Shown here piece by piece: positions 61,935-64,000 of a DNA stretch of 64,000 nucleotides. Every line of letters begins with the position of its first letter. Positions within the stretch are counted from its first letter, which is position 1. The notes below the pieces were generated by a model. That model had not been told where the DNA came from. It saw only the letters and a program-made list of their open reading frames with translations, and did not search any database. Location of the stretch: assembly GCA_950097015.1 (NCBI GenBank), contig CATNEN010000007.1, forward strand, positions 3,472,001 through 3,536,000, written 5' to 3'. The stretch comes from Macrostomum hystrix. Its lineage: Eukaryota; Animalia; Platyhelminthes. The position numbers and the translations under genes are program-made.

Positions 61935-64000
61935 AGCCCGGCCTGTTTGTCTGCCAGTCCTGCAAGGCCACGTACTTCTCGGCCTGGCAGCTCATGCAGC
62001 ACGCGCAGTACCAGCACGCTATGGACATCTTCCTCGCTGCCGACGAAGGCGCGAGCCTAACCGAGCCAGACGACGAAGACGCCGAGGAGGACGAAGAAGA
62101 CGAGGAGCTAGAAGATGATGATGAAGAGGAAGAGGATTTAGAAGAGGACTTGGACGCGGAAGAAGAGTTACAACAGGATGATGAAGACATCGCTGAGGAG
62201 GCTGTTGACGTAGCCGAGGGTCCGAAGTCGCACTCAATTGCTTCGCTGGAGCTGAATGAGCACAGCTCACCGCAGATGCAGCAGCAGAGGCGACTGAGAG
62301 ACAGCGGACAGCCGTACGACACGAACTCTTTCCTGTGGGCCCAGCAGCTGCTGCGGGCCCACGGAGCCGCCACAGCGGTAGCCGCAGCAGCCGCCGCTGC
62401 TGCCGCGGCCACCGACAAAGCCTCCGGTGAAAGCCAGCCAAAGGAGCCCGGAAAAATTGCTTCACCGGAAGCGCCGACGAGCCGGCCGTCGACGGCACAG
62501 CCGCCTGAGATTGAACCCGCGTCCTCCAGCCATTCACCGAAGAGCAACAAGGACCGCGCCACCTCATCGTCGCCTGAAGCTTCGCCGCTACCGCCCCCGC
62601 CTCCTCCACCTCCGCCGCCATCACTCACGCCGCAGCCGACTCAAGCAGAGCCGCATTCGCAGCCGCCACCGCCACTTCTGCAACCAGCACAGCAGCAGCA
62701 GCGACAGCAACATGAGCATCAGCTGCCCCGACTGCCACAGCAGCAGAGGCAACAGAGGCAGCAGCCAAACCTTCCAGTTCCGGCGTCTTTGCCTCTGCAC
62801 CAGCCTCAGTTGCAGCAGCAGGCGCAGCAGCCGCAAAAGCCGTCGCCCCATCCGCCGCCAGTACCACCGGCGTCAGTCAGTAACGGCGAACCGTCGACCT
62901 CGGCAGCGGCTGCGGCTTCTTTAGCCGCTGCCGCCGCGGCAGCATTTGGTGTTAACAGCCCGTTTCGACACCATCCTAATGCGGCGGCGGCTGCAGCTGC
63001 GGCTGCTGTAGCGGCCGGCGCTTTTCCTGGCGGTCCATTTCCAAGATCGGCGCTGGAGTCCTACCTGTACCGGCCCTTCATCACACCCTACAACCCGCCC
63101 CCGTTTGACTGGCACCCCCTGTCAAAACGACCCCGGCTCGATGCAGAAGCTACGAGCAGTCTGTCCCATCACCATCATCATCCGCTGCTGTCGCTGCCGC
63201 AGGCGCCGATACCACCGCATGCCCAGACGCAGCATCCGCCGCGGCCAGCGCCGCCGCCTCCACCGCTTCCGACAGCGCCAAATGCTTCTCAACGTCAGCC
63301 GCCGCAGCACCCGCTGTGGAGCCTGCCGCACATGCTCACTGACTTCTATGCGGCAACTGCGCGAACCTCAACACCGCGACCGTCATCTGCCGCTGTAGCC
63401 GCTGCTGCAGCTGCAGCTGCGGCCGCCTTCGGCAAGCAAGCCCCGGAGTCGGCACTGTCCGCCTTCAGCAGCTTCCTGCCGAAGTCCGTTGCTCCGCCGA
63501 CCCGGGTAGCGACATCGAATAACTGCGGCGGTGGCGGTGGAGTTGGCCGCAGCGTCAGCCCAGCCCGGGGCCACGCGCCAAACGCATCGCCGCACATGGC
63601 GGTCGGGCCGACGCTTACTTCGCCACTGCAGCAGCAGCAGCAGCAGCAGCAGCATCAGCGGCAGCATCAGCAGCAGCAGCATCGGCATCATAATCGAGAG
63701 CCAAAGTCTGGCGGCGCTAACGGAAACAACAACAGCAATTCGTTGTCCCACAGCGGAGGCAGCCGAAATAGCAACAACTCCGCACTGAGGTCGCCGACAC
63801 CGCCTCCGCAGCCGTCTCGGCCGTCGATGTTTCACCATCACAGACGCCACCGGTCGAGATCGCCGCTGCCGCTGCCCAACTCACCAGTGCGCGGCAGCGC
63901 CGGCAGCGACATCAGCGATGGCACGCCGACATCCGCATCTGCTGCGGCAGCCGCCGCCGCCGCCGCTGTAGCCGCCGCTGCAGCCGCCCGGGATCGTCGC
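61935..64000 (+). CDS. BCL11: Large exon of a BCL11 (CTIP)-like C2H2 zinc-finger transcription factor, open to window end
   Basis: After TCTTCGCAG| it reads EPGLFVCQSCKATYFSAWQLMQHAQYQHAMDIF, closely matching BCL11 ZnF1 ([33 protein letters not shown]). It continues with acidic, Pro/Gln/Ala-rich sequence and no stop codon to 64000. It is absent from the ORF track because it has no stop in the window. Confidence 0.85.

Overview
Eukaryotic (animal) genomic DNA with GC-rich, poly-Ala/Gln-rich exons, GT-AG introns, and more than 25 unrelated micro- and minisatellite arrays (mostly 10-45 bp units) that fill roughly 40% of the window. This style resembles the flatworm Macrostomum, which is an inference only. 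Most long ORFs in the track are repeat artefacts. Genes I can support: (1) an intronless ~900 aa protein with tandem LRAT/NlpC-P60-like domains that all lack the catalytic Cys (12117-14819, +); (2) a BTB-BACK-Kelch gene (23891-27051, -); (3) a 12-exon divergent ionotropic glutamate receptor (iGluR)-like gene (29443-35076, +); (4) its tandem pseudogenised paralog (38039-42303, +), which has lost most of the N-terminal domain and shares a 116-bp near-identical tract with the first gene; (5) a BCL11-like zinc-finger gene whose MSSRRKQ first exon (48415) lies 13 kb upstream of the rest and which runs off the window end. There are also four copies of one tRNA-derived SINE (one with a 12-bp TSD) and a second SINE. 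All exon coordinates were derived by hand from splice signals and reading-frame phase; no database searches were run.
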